From: Bacteroidota bacterium
GTDB lineage: Bacteria > Bacteroidota > Bacteroidia > NS11-12g > UBA955
Direction: 5' to 3'
NCBI GenBank assembly: GCA_041178665.1
Contig: JBEGUW010000124.1
Coordinates: 1-55,058, forward strand
DNA length: 55,058 nucleotides
Positions 18,096-26,429 of the stretch are shown in pieces. Within the stretch, counting starts at the first letter, position 1. Each line of letters opens with the position of its first letter. A program made the translations under genes and the position numbers. The notes beneath the pieces were generated by a model, which ran no database searches, had not been told where the DNA came from, and worked only from the letters and a program-made list of their open reading frames with translations.

Positions 18096-18482
18096 ATGGA
18101 AATTACAGGTAAAATTGTTCAGACTCTGCCGAAGCAGACGGGAAATGCCAAGAATGGTACCACATGGGAGAAACAGGAATTCATCATTGAGGTCCCTGGC
18201 CAGTATCCAAAAAAGGTTTGTTTTAACCTATGGGGCGACAAAATTTCTAAGTTTAATATTCAAGATGGTCAGGATTTGACAATTTCTGTTGATGTAGAGA
18301 GTAGAGAGTATAACGGTCGTTGGTACACTGATATTCGCGCGTGGAATGTTGCCAAACAAAATGCGGGTAGTGCAGTTGGGGGAACCAATAGCGCGCCTAG
18401 TTTTGATGCAATGCCATCAGGCGATCAAAGTGCGAATAGCACAGCGAGTAATCCTTTCGAGGATGATGATTTACCATTTTAA
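18096..18482 (+). CDS. DUF3127-family small OB-fold-like protein with SSB-like disordered tail and acidic C-terminal tip
   Basis: 128 aa. The N-terminal ~86 aa match the DUF3127 pattern (MEITGKIV...WEKQEFIIE...YPKKVCFNLWGDK...REYNGRWYTDIRAWNV). A Gly/Ser/Ala/Asn-rich linker follows, then the terminal NPFEDDDLPF (18456-18479 encodes FEDDDLPF). Confidence 0.75.
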   Translation: MEITGKIVQTLPKQTGNAKNGTTWEKQEFIIEVPGQYPKKVCFNLWGDKISKFNIQDGQDLTISVDVESREYNGRWYTDIRAWNVAKQNAGSAVGGTNSAPSFDAMPSGDQSANSTASNPFEDDDLPF

Positions 18483-18526
18483 GTGTATCGAATAGAACGC
18501 ATTTGAATTTAGTGTGGGCGATTGGG

Positions 18527-18552
18527 GAAACGAAATTCATAAAAAACGCGTC
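18527..18552 (+). promoter_or_regulatory. Possible second ECF-type promoter GAAAC-N17-CGTC upstream of the type-B T9SS cargo gene
   Basis: GGGGAAAC (18524-18531), then 17 nt, then CGTCTAA (18549-18555). This matches the generic ECF AAC/CGT architecture but differs from the 3593/50337 motif. A TAAATTTG -7 box at 18561-18568 is an alternative housekeeping promoter. Confidence 0.2.
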
Positions 18553-18586
18553 TAAACACTTAAATTTGTAATATTCATACATCCAC

Positions 18587-21500
18587 ATGAAGTTTTCTAC
18601 TATACAATCTTTTCTCAAATCGGTATTGGTTTTATCGGTTTTTACGATTACATCAATTCAGTTTCTGTCAGCCGCAACATATTACGTTTCTAAAACGGGA
18701 AATGATGCAAACAACGGATTGAGTGCTGCAACTGCAAAATTGACAATCACGGCCGCGGCTAATATTGCAACATCGGGTTCGGACATTATTATGATTTCCA
18801 CCGGTTATTATGCCGAAACGGTTCAGGTGGGTTACACAATGACATTCAGTGTGGATAGTGTTCAGGTGGACCAATTGACAATGAACAAAACGGGTATTAC
18901 TTTGACCATTGATGGGAATTCTGCGCCGAAGACGTTTAATGTCAAAACCCAAATCACCTTAACGGATGGACTTGTAAAAGTAGGTTCCAATCTACTTGCC
19001 TTTAGGGCGTTGGCTGGGTGCACATTTTCCGGTGGGAATAAAACTAGTTTTATCGATGGCGCGCTGCATATTGGTTTAACTTCGGGTTCTACAAGTTTGA
19101 CATTCCATATAGGTGCGGGTAGTGATTATCGTCCGGTGGGTTTGAGTTTTTCCAAGGGAAATGGCAATTTGACATACTACGTGTTTCAGATGTTTAAGGG
19201 AAAAGCAACTGGGAACGGGTCTCTACCTACGGGAATTAGAAATTACTCTGCGGTTAGTTATTTTGAGGGTGCTACGGTGCCTGCGAATGCTTCAAATAGT
19301 TCCAATTTTGCAGTTACTCTTAGGTATGATTCTGTATCTACGGATGATGGAGTCTATGAAAATTCCACTTTAAGAATCCTGGGTTACACAGCTACTGCAA
19401 CATGGAAAGACCATGGCGGATCGGGATCTGTGATTCGAAAGGGTCAGATTACCACGGCCACAACGAGTATGTCGACTTTGGGCACGTTTGCGTTGGCAAA
19501 TACAATCGTACTAACAGCCACTGAGCGGAAAACAGGTCTAAATATTCTTGGAAGTAAAGATCCATTTGCATCTTTTAAATTGACTGGTAGATGTTCTGGC
19601 GACACACTGAAGTTTACAAACCTCAGCAAGAGTACTTCTGCAATATTAACAAACACATGGAATTTTGGTGATGCGGGGTCGGCTGGGAACTCGGTAACGA
19701 CAAAAAATGCAGTTCACAAATATGCAAATGGGGGTACTTATAGAGTTAGTTTAACTATCCTAAATGCCGACGGGAATTTGGATTCTTGGGTTCAGATGGT
19801 TACTGTATTTACAACGCCTTTTATATTAAAAACGGTAAACAATGTTTGTATCGGTGAGCAGACCGTTTTTACTGACTTTTCGAATGCTAACGGTGAGACA
19901 ATTTCGGGTTGGAATTGGAATTTGGGTGACGGACCGCCATCAACAATCAAAACGTCGAAAATTGTTAATCATACATATACAAATCCGGGCGGATTCAAGG
20001 TAATTCTCAGAGTGACAACTGTTAACGCTTGTTTTGCGATTGACACTTTCGATTATGTGGTTCATGCCAAACCGGCACCTGCTTTTGATCCTAAAGATGT
20101 TTGTTTTGGTCAGTCTGTTGTGTTCGATGATCAGAGCACTGTGTCAGCACCGGATTTAATTGCGACAAGAAAATGGGATTTTGGTGACGGGTCGCCAACA
20201 TCAACATCAAAGACAGTGACACGGAAATATAATCCTCCAGGGCTGTATTTTGTCAAGTTGATTTCATATTCAAACTATGCAGGACAAAAAGGTGCTTGTA
20301 GGGATTCTATCATTAAGCCCGTAAGGACTTTTGCTTTGCCATTGGTTGATTACACACAGAGCGCAACTTGTATCGGTGAAGAAACCGTATTTACTGATAA
20401 TACTCAAATCATGAATCCTGATTATGCGGGTACATACTTTTGGACATTTGGTGATGGTGGAAACGACACTACATTGTACGGCGCAAAGCATACCTATTTA
20501 TTGCCTGGGATTTACAAGTCAAGATTGACTGTTACTTCTAATGCGGGTTGTATTAGCTCAGATACGCTTTCAATTTTCGTTCAACCGAAGCCGTCGGCTG
20601 GATATACCGTCACAGAAAAGTGTTTTGGGGATTCTACTGCATTTCTGCGCAAAACCCAAACTGTGCTTAGTCTAGAGCCATTGACAACTTATAGTTGGAA
20701 ATTCGATAATACGATTAATTTCTTTACAAAGAATCCAAAGGTGTTATTTGCTACTCCGGGTATTCACAATGTGGTGATGCTTGCAGAGACCAATCATGGT
20801 TGTAGGGATTCTGCAGTGGGGATCGTAATGTCGCATTATATTCCTAATCCTACCTTTTCATTGGATAAGGCCATGTTGCCTAATGATTCAATCCAATGTT
20901 TCAAATACAATAATTTCAAATTTAATTTCAACGTTGACATAGATGTCAATGATACGTTATTGAATACAGGATGGCGATGGGGCGATGGGAATACGGAATT
21001 ACCAGCAACATCGAACAATCACTCATACAACGATACTGGGGTATACACTGTGAAACTCTACGGCGTTTCTATTCATAATTGTGCAGATAGTGCGGTCCAA
21101 CAGTTTGTTGTTAAGCCGAGTCCTAAAGCCGACTTCTACAAAGAGGGTATTTGTGTGCCTGATACTATATTATTCAAAGACACGGCATCGAAATCTGCTC
21201 GTCCTTTGGTGAAATATTCTTGGGATATCAATGGGTCTGTTGTGATTGGAAAAGCGCCAGTGAAGCAGTACTTCTCTACGGCGGGTCCTCATGCGGTTTC
21301 GTATATCGTGGAAGACGATCAGGGTTGTATTGATACAATGACACAGAGTTTTACTTTTACCGTAAAGCCAGTTGTTTCTTTCTCATTTATTGGAAGTATG
21401 CCATTGTGTAAGGGCGACTCAATTGATATTACAGCGAGTGGGGGAGATACCATCCGTTGGATTGGGGCAAAGGACACAAATCGTACCCAAAAATTATACG

Positions 21501-22078
21501 GCAAGGGTTGGTATAAAGTAACAGCGACGTCTGGTATTTGTACTGCCATTGATTCAGTCCAAGTTAAAGCTTTCCCGATGGCGAATATTATTGTTTATCG
21601 TGACACCACTATTTACAGAGGTAAAAAGGCGAATTTGCATGCGGTTGGTGCAACCAATTATTGGTGGACTGATAGTTCTACTTTGAATAGGGGTAATGGT
21701 GATTCTGTTATTGCCCGTCCGTTAACTACGCGTACCTATTATGTTTCTGGTACTGACTCAAACGGCTGTGACGACAATGATTCTGTTCTTGTTACGGTGG
21801 TTGATCCTCCGTTGGTTAGGATTCCTAATTTGATTACTCCAAATGGTGATTTGCAGAATGATTTCTGGGATTTGAGCGAGTTGGCAGATTTGTACTTGTT
21901 CGACATACGCATCAGTGACCGTCAAGGCAAATTGGTTTATTATACTGGCAATTATTTAAATGACTGGAAGGCGGTTGATAATTCAGGCACTGACTTGCCA
22001 CCAGGTATTTATTTTTACTACATGAAAAATCGCTTTAACGGCGAAGAGTTTAGAGGTTATATCCAAGTAATTCGTTAA
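18587..22078 (+). CDS. Large secreted adhesin-like protein: N-terminal beta-helix-like region, multiple PKD domains, T9SS type-B (gliding-motility-associated, CHU_C-type) C-terminal sorting domain
   Basis: 1163 aa with a signal peptide. PKD-type repeats recur (WNFGDG..., WNWNLGDG, WDFGDGS, WTFGDGG, WRWGDGN). The C-terminus reads IPNLITPNGDLQNDFWDL...GIYFYYMKN...RGYIQVIR, typical of type-B CTDs. Confidence 0.85.
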   Translation: MKFSTIQSFLKSVLVLSVFTITSIQFLSAATYYVSKTGNDANNGLSAATAKLTITAAANIATSGSDIIMISTGYYAETVQVGYTMTFSVDSVQVDQLTMNKTGITLTIDGNSAPKTFNVKTQITLTDGLVKVGSNLLAFRALAGCTFSGGNKTSFIDGALHIGLTSGSTSLTFHIGAGSDYRPVGLSFSKGNGNLTYYVFQMFKGKATGNGSLPTGIRNYSAVSYFEGATVPANASNSSNFAVTLRYDSVSTDDGVYENSTLRILGYTATATWKDHGGSGSVIRKGQITTATTSMSTLGTFALANTIVLTATERKTGLNILGSKDPFASFKLTGRCSGDTLKFTNLSKSTSAILTNTWNFGDAGSAGNSVTTKNAVHKYANGGTYRVSLTILNADGNLDSWVQMVTVFTTPFILKTVNNVCIGEQTVFTDFSNANGETISGWNWNLGDGPPSTIKTSKIVNHTYTNPGGFKVILRVTTVNACFAIDTFDYVVHAKPAPAFDPKDVCFGQSVVFDDQSTVSAPDLIATRKWDFGDGSPTSTSKTVTRKYNPPGLYFVKLISYSNYAGQKGACRDSIIKPVRTFALPLVDYTQSATCIGEETVFTDNTQIMNPDYAGTYFWTFGDGGNDTTLYGAKHTYLLPGIYKSRLTVTSNAGCISSDTLSIFVQPKPSAGYTVTEKCFGDSTAFLRKTQTVLSLEPLTTYSWKFDNTINFFTKNPKVLFATPGIHNVVMLAETNHGCRDSAVGIVMSHYIPNPTFSLDKAMLPNDSIQCFKYNNFKFNFNVDIDVNDTLLNTGWRWGDGNTELPATSNNHSYNDTGVYTVKLYGVSIHNCADSAVQQFVVKPSPKADFYKEGICVPDTILFKDTASKSARPLVKYSWDINGSVVIGKAPVKQYFSTAGPHAVSYIVEDDQGCIDTMTQSFTFTVKPVVSFSFIGSMPLCKGDSIDITASGGDTIRWIGAKDTNRTQKLYGKGWYKVTATSGICTAIDSVQVKAFPMANIIVYRDTTIYRGKKANLHAVGATNYWWTDSSTLNRGNGDSVIARPLTTRTYYVSGTDSNGCDDNDSVLVTVVDPPLVRIPNLITPNGDLQNDFWDLSELADLYLFDIRISDRQGKLVYYTGNYLNDWKAVDNSGTDLPPGIYFYYMKNRFNGEEFRGYIQVIR

Positions 22079-22083
22079 TTCAG

Positions 22084-23451
22084 ATGAAAAAAATTAGCAT
22101 CATTTCTGCCATTGCTCTGTGCATTGGAAGCGTAAGCGCCCAAATGGGAGCGAAATTGGATCAGTATTACATGGATTATTCTTTGATTAATCCTGCTGCC
22201 ATGAATACTCATGAGCAAGGTCACGTGACTTTGTTGTATAACAAAATGTTTTCGGCTGTTCCAGGTAGCCCACAAACAACCGTATTGAACATCGCGATGC
22301 CCGTGCCGTCAAAAAACACTGGGTATGGTTTGTATTATATGCGCGAAAGGGTGGGTTTCTCTGAAATGCACAATGCCTATGCAACTTACGCCTATTCTTT
22401 GCCCATTGCGAGTACTACCAATTTGAATTTAGGAATGAGTGTGGGTGTGTTGTCACAGAACTTTGATATGTCGAAGGCTGTTTACATTAGCGGCAACGAC
22501 CCAATTATCAAATCGTTGATGTTAACACCGCCGGTAACGCGTGCTGATTTGCGCGCATCAGCATTTATCAATGGAGAAAAGTGGTTTGGTGGATTTGCGA
22601 TTTCTCGTTTAAGTAAGCCACGATTTGATTACATCTATTACAATTACACATCTACTTACCAGATGCAAGCGCAAGCGAGTTTGTTGTTTGGGTATAATAT
22701 TGATTTGGGTAACGACATCTTGTTGAAGCCTTCAATTTATGTGTCTGCATATAATTTTGATTATTATAGAGTCCAATATAACGCTTCGTTTAACTACCAA
22801 GATAAGTTTTGGATGGGTATTGGTGGCAACGATATTGGTCAGATTGGTGGAAATATTGGATTTGCCCCTCAGTCAGATATTAAAGTTTCGTATTCGTATA
22901 ACACGCCTACGGGTGCTCAGCGAATTGCTTTGGGTAATTCTCATGAATTTCATACGTATATCGGATTTTCAGCATTGGGCGGTGGTTCTCGAAATGGGTC
23001 TGATTTGAATAGCACAAATGGTGGTGACGGAGAAGGTGAAGGAGATGCAAATTTGAATAGCTCGGGTGAAAATGGAAATGGTGAGAGCGAAGGTGGTGCC
23101 AATGTGAATAGTGCTTCGATGAAGAGAGAGGTTACTGTTACAAGTATAGAAGACTTGGTTGCTTTTGGAGCAGGTAAGGATACTGCTGGTATCAAATTGC
23201 CTCCAATAGAAAAGGTTAAGCCATCGCCTGGCTTCTATTTGGTTGCAGGTTTACACAGTGCAGAAGCAAAAGCGAACAAGCAAATCAAAGACTTGTATAA
23301 GAAGGGTGTATTTGCCTACAAAATTTACGATCCAAGTAACAAGAGTTACTATGTATTCTTGAAGGACTTCCCATCAGAAAAAGATGCTAACAAGGGTATT
23401 TTCTATTATGAATCTGCGGTTCCACAGGTTTGGATCCGTGAGGTGAAGTAA
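22084..23451 (+). CDS. PorP/SprF-family type IX secretion system outer membrane protein with C-terminal SPOR-like domain
   Basis: 455 aa. The signal peptide plus QYYMDYSLINPAAM...HVTLLYNKMFS...GYGLYYMRERVGF pattern matches PorP/SprF. A Gly/Glu/Asn/Ser low-complexity linker lies at about 22975-23115. The last 74 aa (23227-23448, PGFYLVAGLHSAEAKANKQIKDLYKKG...YYVFLKDFPSEKDANKGI) fit the SPOR beta-alpha-beta-beta-alpha-beta pattern. The gene starts 6 nt after the type-B cargo gene. Confidence 0.8.
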   Translation: MKKISIISAIALCIGSVSAQMGAKLDQYYMDYSLINPAAMNTHEQGHVTLLYNKMFSAVPGSPQTTVLNIAMPVPSKNTGYGLYYMRERVGFSEMHNAYATYAYSLPIASTTNLNLGMSVGVLSQNFDMSKAVYISGNDPIIKSLMLTPPVTRADLRASAFINGEKWFGGFAISRLSKPRFDYIYYNYTSTYQMQAQASLLFGYNIDLGNDILLKPSIYVSAYNFDYYRVQYNASFNYQDKFWMGIGGNDIGQIGGNIGFAPQSDIKVSYSYNTPTGAQRIALGNSHEFHTYIGFSALGGGSRNGSDLNSTNGGDGEGEGDANLNSSGENGNGESEGGANVNSASMKREVTVTSIEDLVAFGAGKDTAGIKLPPIEKVKPSPGFYLVAGLHSAEAKANKQIKDLYKKGVFAYKIYDPSNKSYYVFLKDFPSEKDANKGIFYYESAVPQVWIREVK

Positions 23452-23545
23452 TCCTCAATTGCTTTTTGCCGTCAAGTATTGACCAATTTTTGGGCCCTGA
23501 AATTGCCTTTGTTGCGGTTTTATTCGTGTAGATTCAGGGGCTAAT

Positions 23546-24247
23546 TTATTGCGCAATAAAAGCTTGGTAAATTAGATTGCATCCCATTTTTAGTGCTTTT
23601 TCCCTGATTTCGATTGGGTCTTTGTATACCTCAGGGTCTTCCCATCCATTGCCGAGGTCGCATTCGTAGTCGTAAAAACATATGAGTCGGCCTTCCCAGA
23701 ACAAACCATATCCTATTGGAGATTTCCCATCGTGTTGATGTATTTTGGGTAGGCCATTATTGAACGAGTAGGGCCCATGATAAATGGGGTGATTGAATGG
23801 TACTGCCTGAAATGTGAGTTCTGGGAATGCCTTTTTCATTTCTCTGCGAATAAACGGATCGATGCCGTAATTGTCGCAAATGTGGAGGAATCCTCCGGCG
23901 ATCAGATAATTTCTGAGATTGCCGGCTTCTTGGTCAGAAAAAACCACGTTTCCATGGCCAGTGAGGAAGCAAAAAGGGTAACGGTAGATGTCTGTGGAGC
24001 CCACCTCTGCTATCGCCTCGGTGGTCGCCAAATTTGTCCCAATATGCGAATTCGCATACTGGGACAAATTTGCGAGGGCTGTTCTGCTACTATACCAATC
24101 CCCGCCGCCATTATATTTGAGTCGACATAACTTCAGTTGATTGGATTGCCCCGCTGCGCTGGGCAATCCAATCAACAAAAATCCTACCCACAATCCCACA
24201 ATCAACATTCGTGAAGTCATCCTGGAAGAACTAGAAGTTTTTAACAT
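23546..24247 (-). CDS. DUF4159 domain-containing protein
   Basis: 233 aa with an N-terminal TM/signal segment. It contains RLKYNGGGDWYS...YPFCFLTGHGNVVFSDQEAGNLRNYLIAGGFLHICDNYG, characteristic of DUF4159. Confidence 0.75.
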   Translation of the reverse strand: MLKTSSSSRMTSRMLIVGLWVGFLLIGLPSAAGQSNQLKLCRLKYNGGGDWYSSRTALANLSQYANSHIGTNLATTEAIAEVGSTDIYRYPFCFLTGHGNVVFSDQEAGNLRNYLIAGGFLHICDNYGIDPFIRREMKKAFPELTFQAVPFNHPIYHGPYSFNNGLPKIHQHDGKSPIGYGLFWEGRLICFYDYECDLGNGWEDPEVYKDPIEIREKALKMGCNLIYQAFIAQ

Positions 24248-24257
24248 GTGCTTTTGT

Positions 24258-24265
24258 CAAATATA
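24258..24265 (-). promoter_or_regulatory. Candidate -7 box TATATTTG (minus strand) for the DUF4159 gene
   Basis: Exact TAnnTTTG match on the minus strand, 10 nt upstream of the ATG at 24247. Confidence 0.3.
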
Positions 24266-24309
24266 TCGTTCGTTTTCGAACAAATAATTGGTCATTCAAT
24301 CAACTCTCA

Positions 24310-25083
24310 CTATTTCAAAAATAACCAATACACCAAGAATAAACATCCAACAACAATTCGGTAATAGCCAAAAAAGGCAAATCCCTTCCGCTGAATATAT
24401 CCAATGAAATACTTAATCGCAAAATAAGCCGTTATAAAACTGATCACATTGCCAATGGCTATGTCGACCAATTCGCTGCCCTGTTGTAACTCTTCCCAAT
24501 GCTTTAATAGTTTATATCCACCTGCTGCCGCTAGGGTGGGAAGTGCCAATAGAAATGAGAATTCAGTTGCCTCAGCACGGGTTAATCGGCCCTGTAAACC
24601 TCCGGCGATTGTGGCTGCGGAACGGCTTACGCCAGGAATCATTGCCAAGCACTGGAACAGTCCAATTTTTATCGCATCTACAAACTTTAGATCCGAGATT
24701 TTTTTATCTCCAGGAGGGAAAATCTTTTCGATATATAACAATACGATACCAAATATTACTAATGTGAGCCCCGGTATCCATGGCGCTTTCAACATCATCT
24801 CTAAAAGGTCATCAAACAAAAATCCTAAAATGGCCGCCGGAATAAAACCCATGATCAAAATCGGATAAACCCATAAAGCGTCCCTCGAAAAGAAACGCTT
24901 CCAATACAATGTTAAGACACTGGCAATGGCGCCAAATTGAATCGCAATGAGGTAGGTTTCGTGCTCGCTGGGCGACATGCCCATGAGTTCTCTGGTGATC
25001 ATCAAATGGCCCGTACTGCTCACAGGCAAAAACTCGGTGAGGCCCTCAACCACACTAAGAATTAAATTCTCAATCCAGGTCAT
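24310..25083 (-). CDS. uppP: Undecaprenyl-diphosphate phosphatase
   Basis: 257 aa polytopic membrane protein with VEGLTEFLPVSSTGHL and PGVSRSAATI motifs. Confidence 0.9.
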   Translation of the reverse strand: MTWIENLILSVVEGLTEFLPVSSTGHLMITRELMGMSPSEHETYLIAIQFGAIASVLTLYWKRFFSRDALWVYPILIMGFIPAAILGFLFDDLLEMMLKAPWIPGLTLVIFGIVLLYIEKIFPPGDKKISDLKFVDAIKIGLFQCLAMIPGVSRSAATIAGGLQGRLTRAEATEFSFLLALPTLAAAGGYKLLKHWEELQQGSELVDIAIGNVISFITAYFAIKYFIGYIQRKGFAFFGYYRIVVGCLFLVYWLFLK

Positions 25084-25086
25084 GGA

Positions 25087-25329
25087 TTACGCTGCTTTCT
25101 TTCGGTAAAAAATTGCAACGATGCCCAAAAGGAACCCAAGAATAACTACGATGGGGGCAACGGTGAGTTTTGTGGTGTTGTAAATGTCGGTTGTGCCCGA
25201 CATCAACATGAATCCAATGACAAGAATCACCAATGAAGCGATGATTAGTATGTAGTTTTCTTTGGCAAACAACATCGGTTGCTGAGGCTTGCTGTCGATT
25301 TTCGAGGCGGGTTTTTTGATTGAACTCAT
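25087..25329 (-). CDS. DUF3098 domain-containing small membrane protein
   Basis: 80 aa with two TM helices and the FAKENYILIIASLVILVIGFMLMSG pattern. It sits in the conserved position between ftsX and uppP. Confidence 0.75.
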   Translation of the reverse strand: MSSIKKPASKIDSKPQQPMLFAKENYILIIASLVILVIGFMLMSGTTDIYNTTKLTVAPIVVILGFLLGIVAIFYRKKAA

Positions 25330-25333
25330 GGCT

Positions 25334-26206
25334 TTAATATAAATTTTCGATCTTGGTGCGAAGATAACGTCGGGTACTCAACCAACTGCCAAAAACGGCC
25401 AAAATCAGTCCAAATATCGACACAGAAATACAAATTACAAACAATGCCATCACACCAATATGTTTTGTGAAGTCGTTGATGATGGCGAAATCCTGAAAAA
25501 TATAGGGTAAGCCGTAAAAAATTATTAATAACAATCCCATCGCAATGGGTATGGCAATCAATGAATGTCGCACAAATGCCATCACATAAGGTCTAACAAT
25601 AAATTTGTTTGTGGCGCCAACCAACTGCATGCTCTTGATTAAAAATCGATTTGCGAATATGCTTAACCGTGTGGCACTTTGAATTAATGCAATTGCAACA
25701 ATCAATGAAATTATGGCGGCGGCCGCAAAACCGATTTGCAAGCGATGCACATTCATTGTCATACTTTCTACCCAATTCCGCTGGTAAATAACATCCTCCA
25801 CCAATGGGAACGTACGTAAATGTTTAGATTCACGATCAATAAACTGAATATTGGCATAATCCGACTTTGGGTAAATTTCTAAACTCAGTGGCAAGGCGAT
25901 GGACTCTGCATAGGATAAAAATTCAGGGTCGTATTTCTCGCTCATTTCCTTCACGCCGTCTTTGGGGCTAATGAATTTGGTTGTTTTAATCCAAGGCTCC
26001 TTCAGTAAAGATTGTTCGATTTTCCTCACTTGTGCTTCAGTGCTGCCATCCACAAAATAGAGGTCGATGCTACTGCTTTCCATCAAATGCTGACTTAATC
26101 CTTGAAAGCCTACGATGGAAAATCCCAATAGCCCTAGCATGAACATCACAGAGGACAGTGAAATGATGCTTGGCCAAGCGCTGGGTTTTCTTCGTTTGTT
26201 CGACAT
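25334..26206 (-). CDS. ftsX: Cell division permease-like protein FtsX
   Basis: 290 aa. It has an N-terminal TM helix, a periplasmic domain and a C-terminal FtsX-type TM bundle (LIKSMQLVGATNKFIVRPY). Confidence 0.85.
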   Translation of the reverse strand: MSNKRRKPSAWPSIISLSSVMFMLGLLGFSIVGFQGLSQHLMESSSIDLYFVDGSTEAQVRKIEQSLLKEPWIKTTKFISPKDGVKEMSEKYDPEFLSYAESIALPLSLEIYPKSDYANIQFIDRESKHLRTFPLVEDVIYQRNWVESMTMNVHRLQIGFAAAAIISLIVAIALIQSATRLSIFANRFLIKSMQLVGATNKFIVRPYVMAFVRHSLIAIPIAMGLLLIIFYGLPYIFQDFAIINDFTKHIGVMALFVICISVSIFGLILAVFGSWLSTRRYLRTKIENLY

Positions 26207-26385
26207 ATGATGGGCTCGATTTGATGCGAAGATGCGAAAATCCGTATGATTTTGCTGTTGAAAGTTATCCGCATGCGTGGATATTTAGACACCTTACGAA
26301 AGCCATTTTTCATTCAATGTTGAATTAGATGTTTAGAATTGACTTTCAGGGTTTTTATTCAAGACCTCAGACAACAAAAACTTTG

Positions 26386-26406
26386 TTTACATTGTCTTTA
26401 CATTGT
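26386..26406 (+). repeat. Direct repeat TTTACATTGT-C-TTTACATTGT in the promoter region of the 26430 cargo gene
   Basis: Two identical 10-mers at 26386-26395 and 26397-26406, with an 11-bp period (about one helical turn). The second copy overlaps the first base of the -7 box at 26406-26413. Confidence 0.5.
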
Positions 26407-26413
26407 ATTTTTG
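26406..26413 (+). promoter_or_regulatory. Candidate -7 box TATTTTTG with -33 TTTG at 26382-26385
   Basis: Exact TAnnTTTG match, 16 nt upstream of ATG 26430. The TTTG lies 20 nt upstream. Confidence 0.4.
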
Positions 26414-26429
26414 ACGAAGAATTGCAATA

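Noticed and set aside
21649-21658. TGCAACCAAT half-site identical to the -35 block of the ECF-type element, inside the 18587-22078 cargo gene
   Set aside because: There is no GCGTCAT or CGTC block at the 10-nt spacing; the downstream sequence is tattggtgga-ctgatag. The site is intragenic, about 430 nt from the next start codon. A 10-mer match alone is compatible with chance.
7926-26206. Orphan partners: meaB without a mutase gene, a MacB-type permease (14403) without an ATPase, and ftsX without ftsE
   Set aside because: Unlinked partners of these families are, to my knowledge, common in Bacteroidota genomes. The ftsX-DUF3098-uppP arrangement is a conserved synteny, not an anomaly.
26223-26238. 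Tandem GATGCGAA-GATGCGAA upstream of ftsX, and a possible 34-codon ORF at 26224-26328
   Set aside because: It is only two copies of an 8-mer. The small ORF has no -7 box or recognisable peptide features. The evidence is insufficient.
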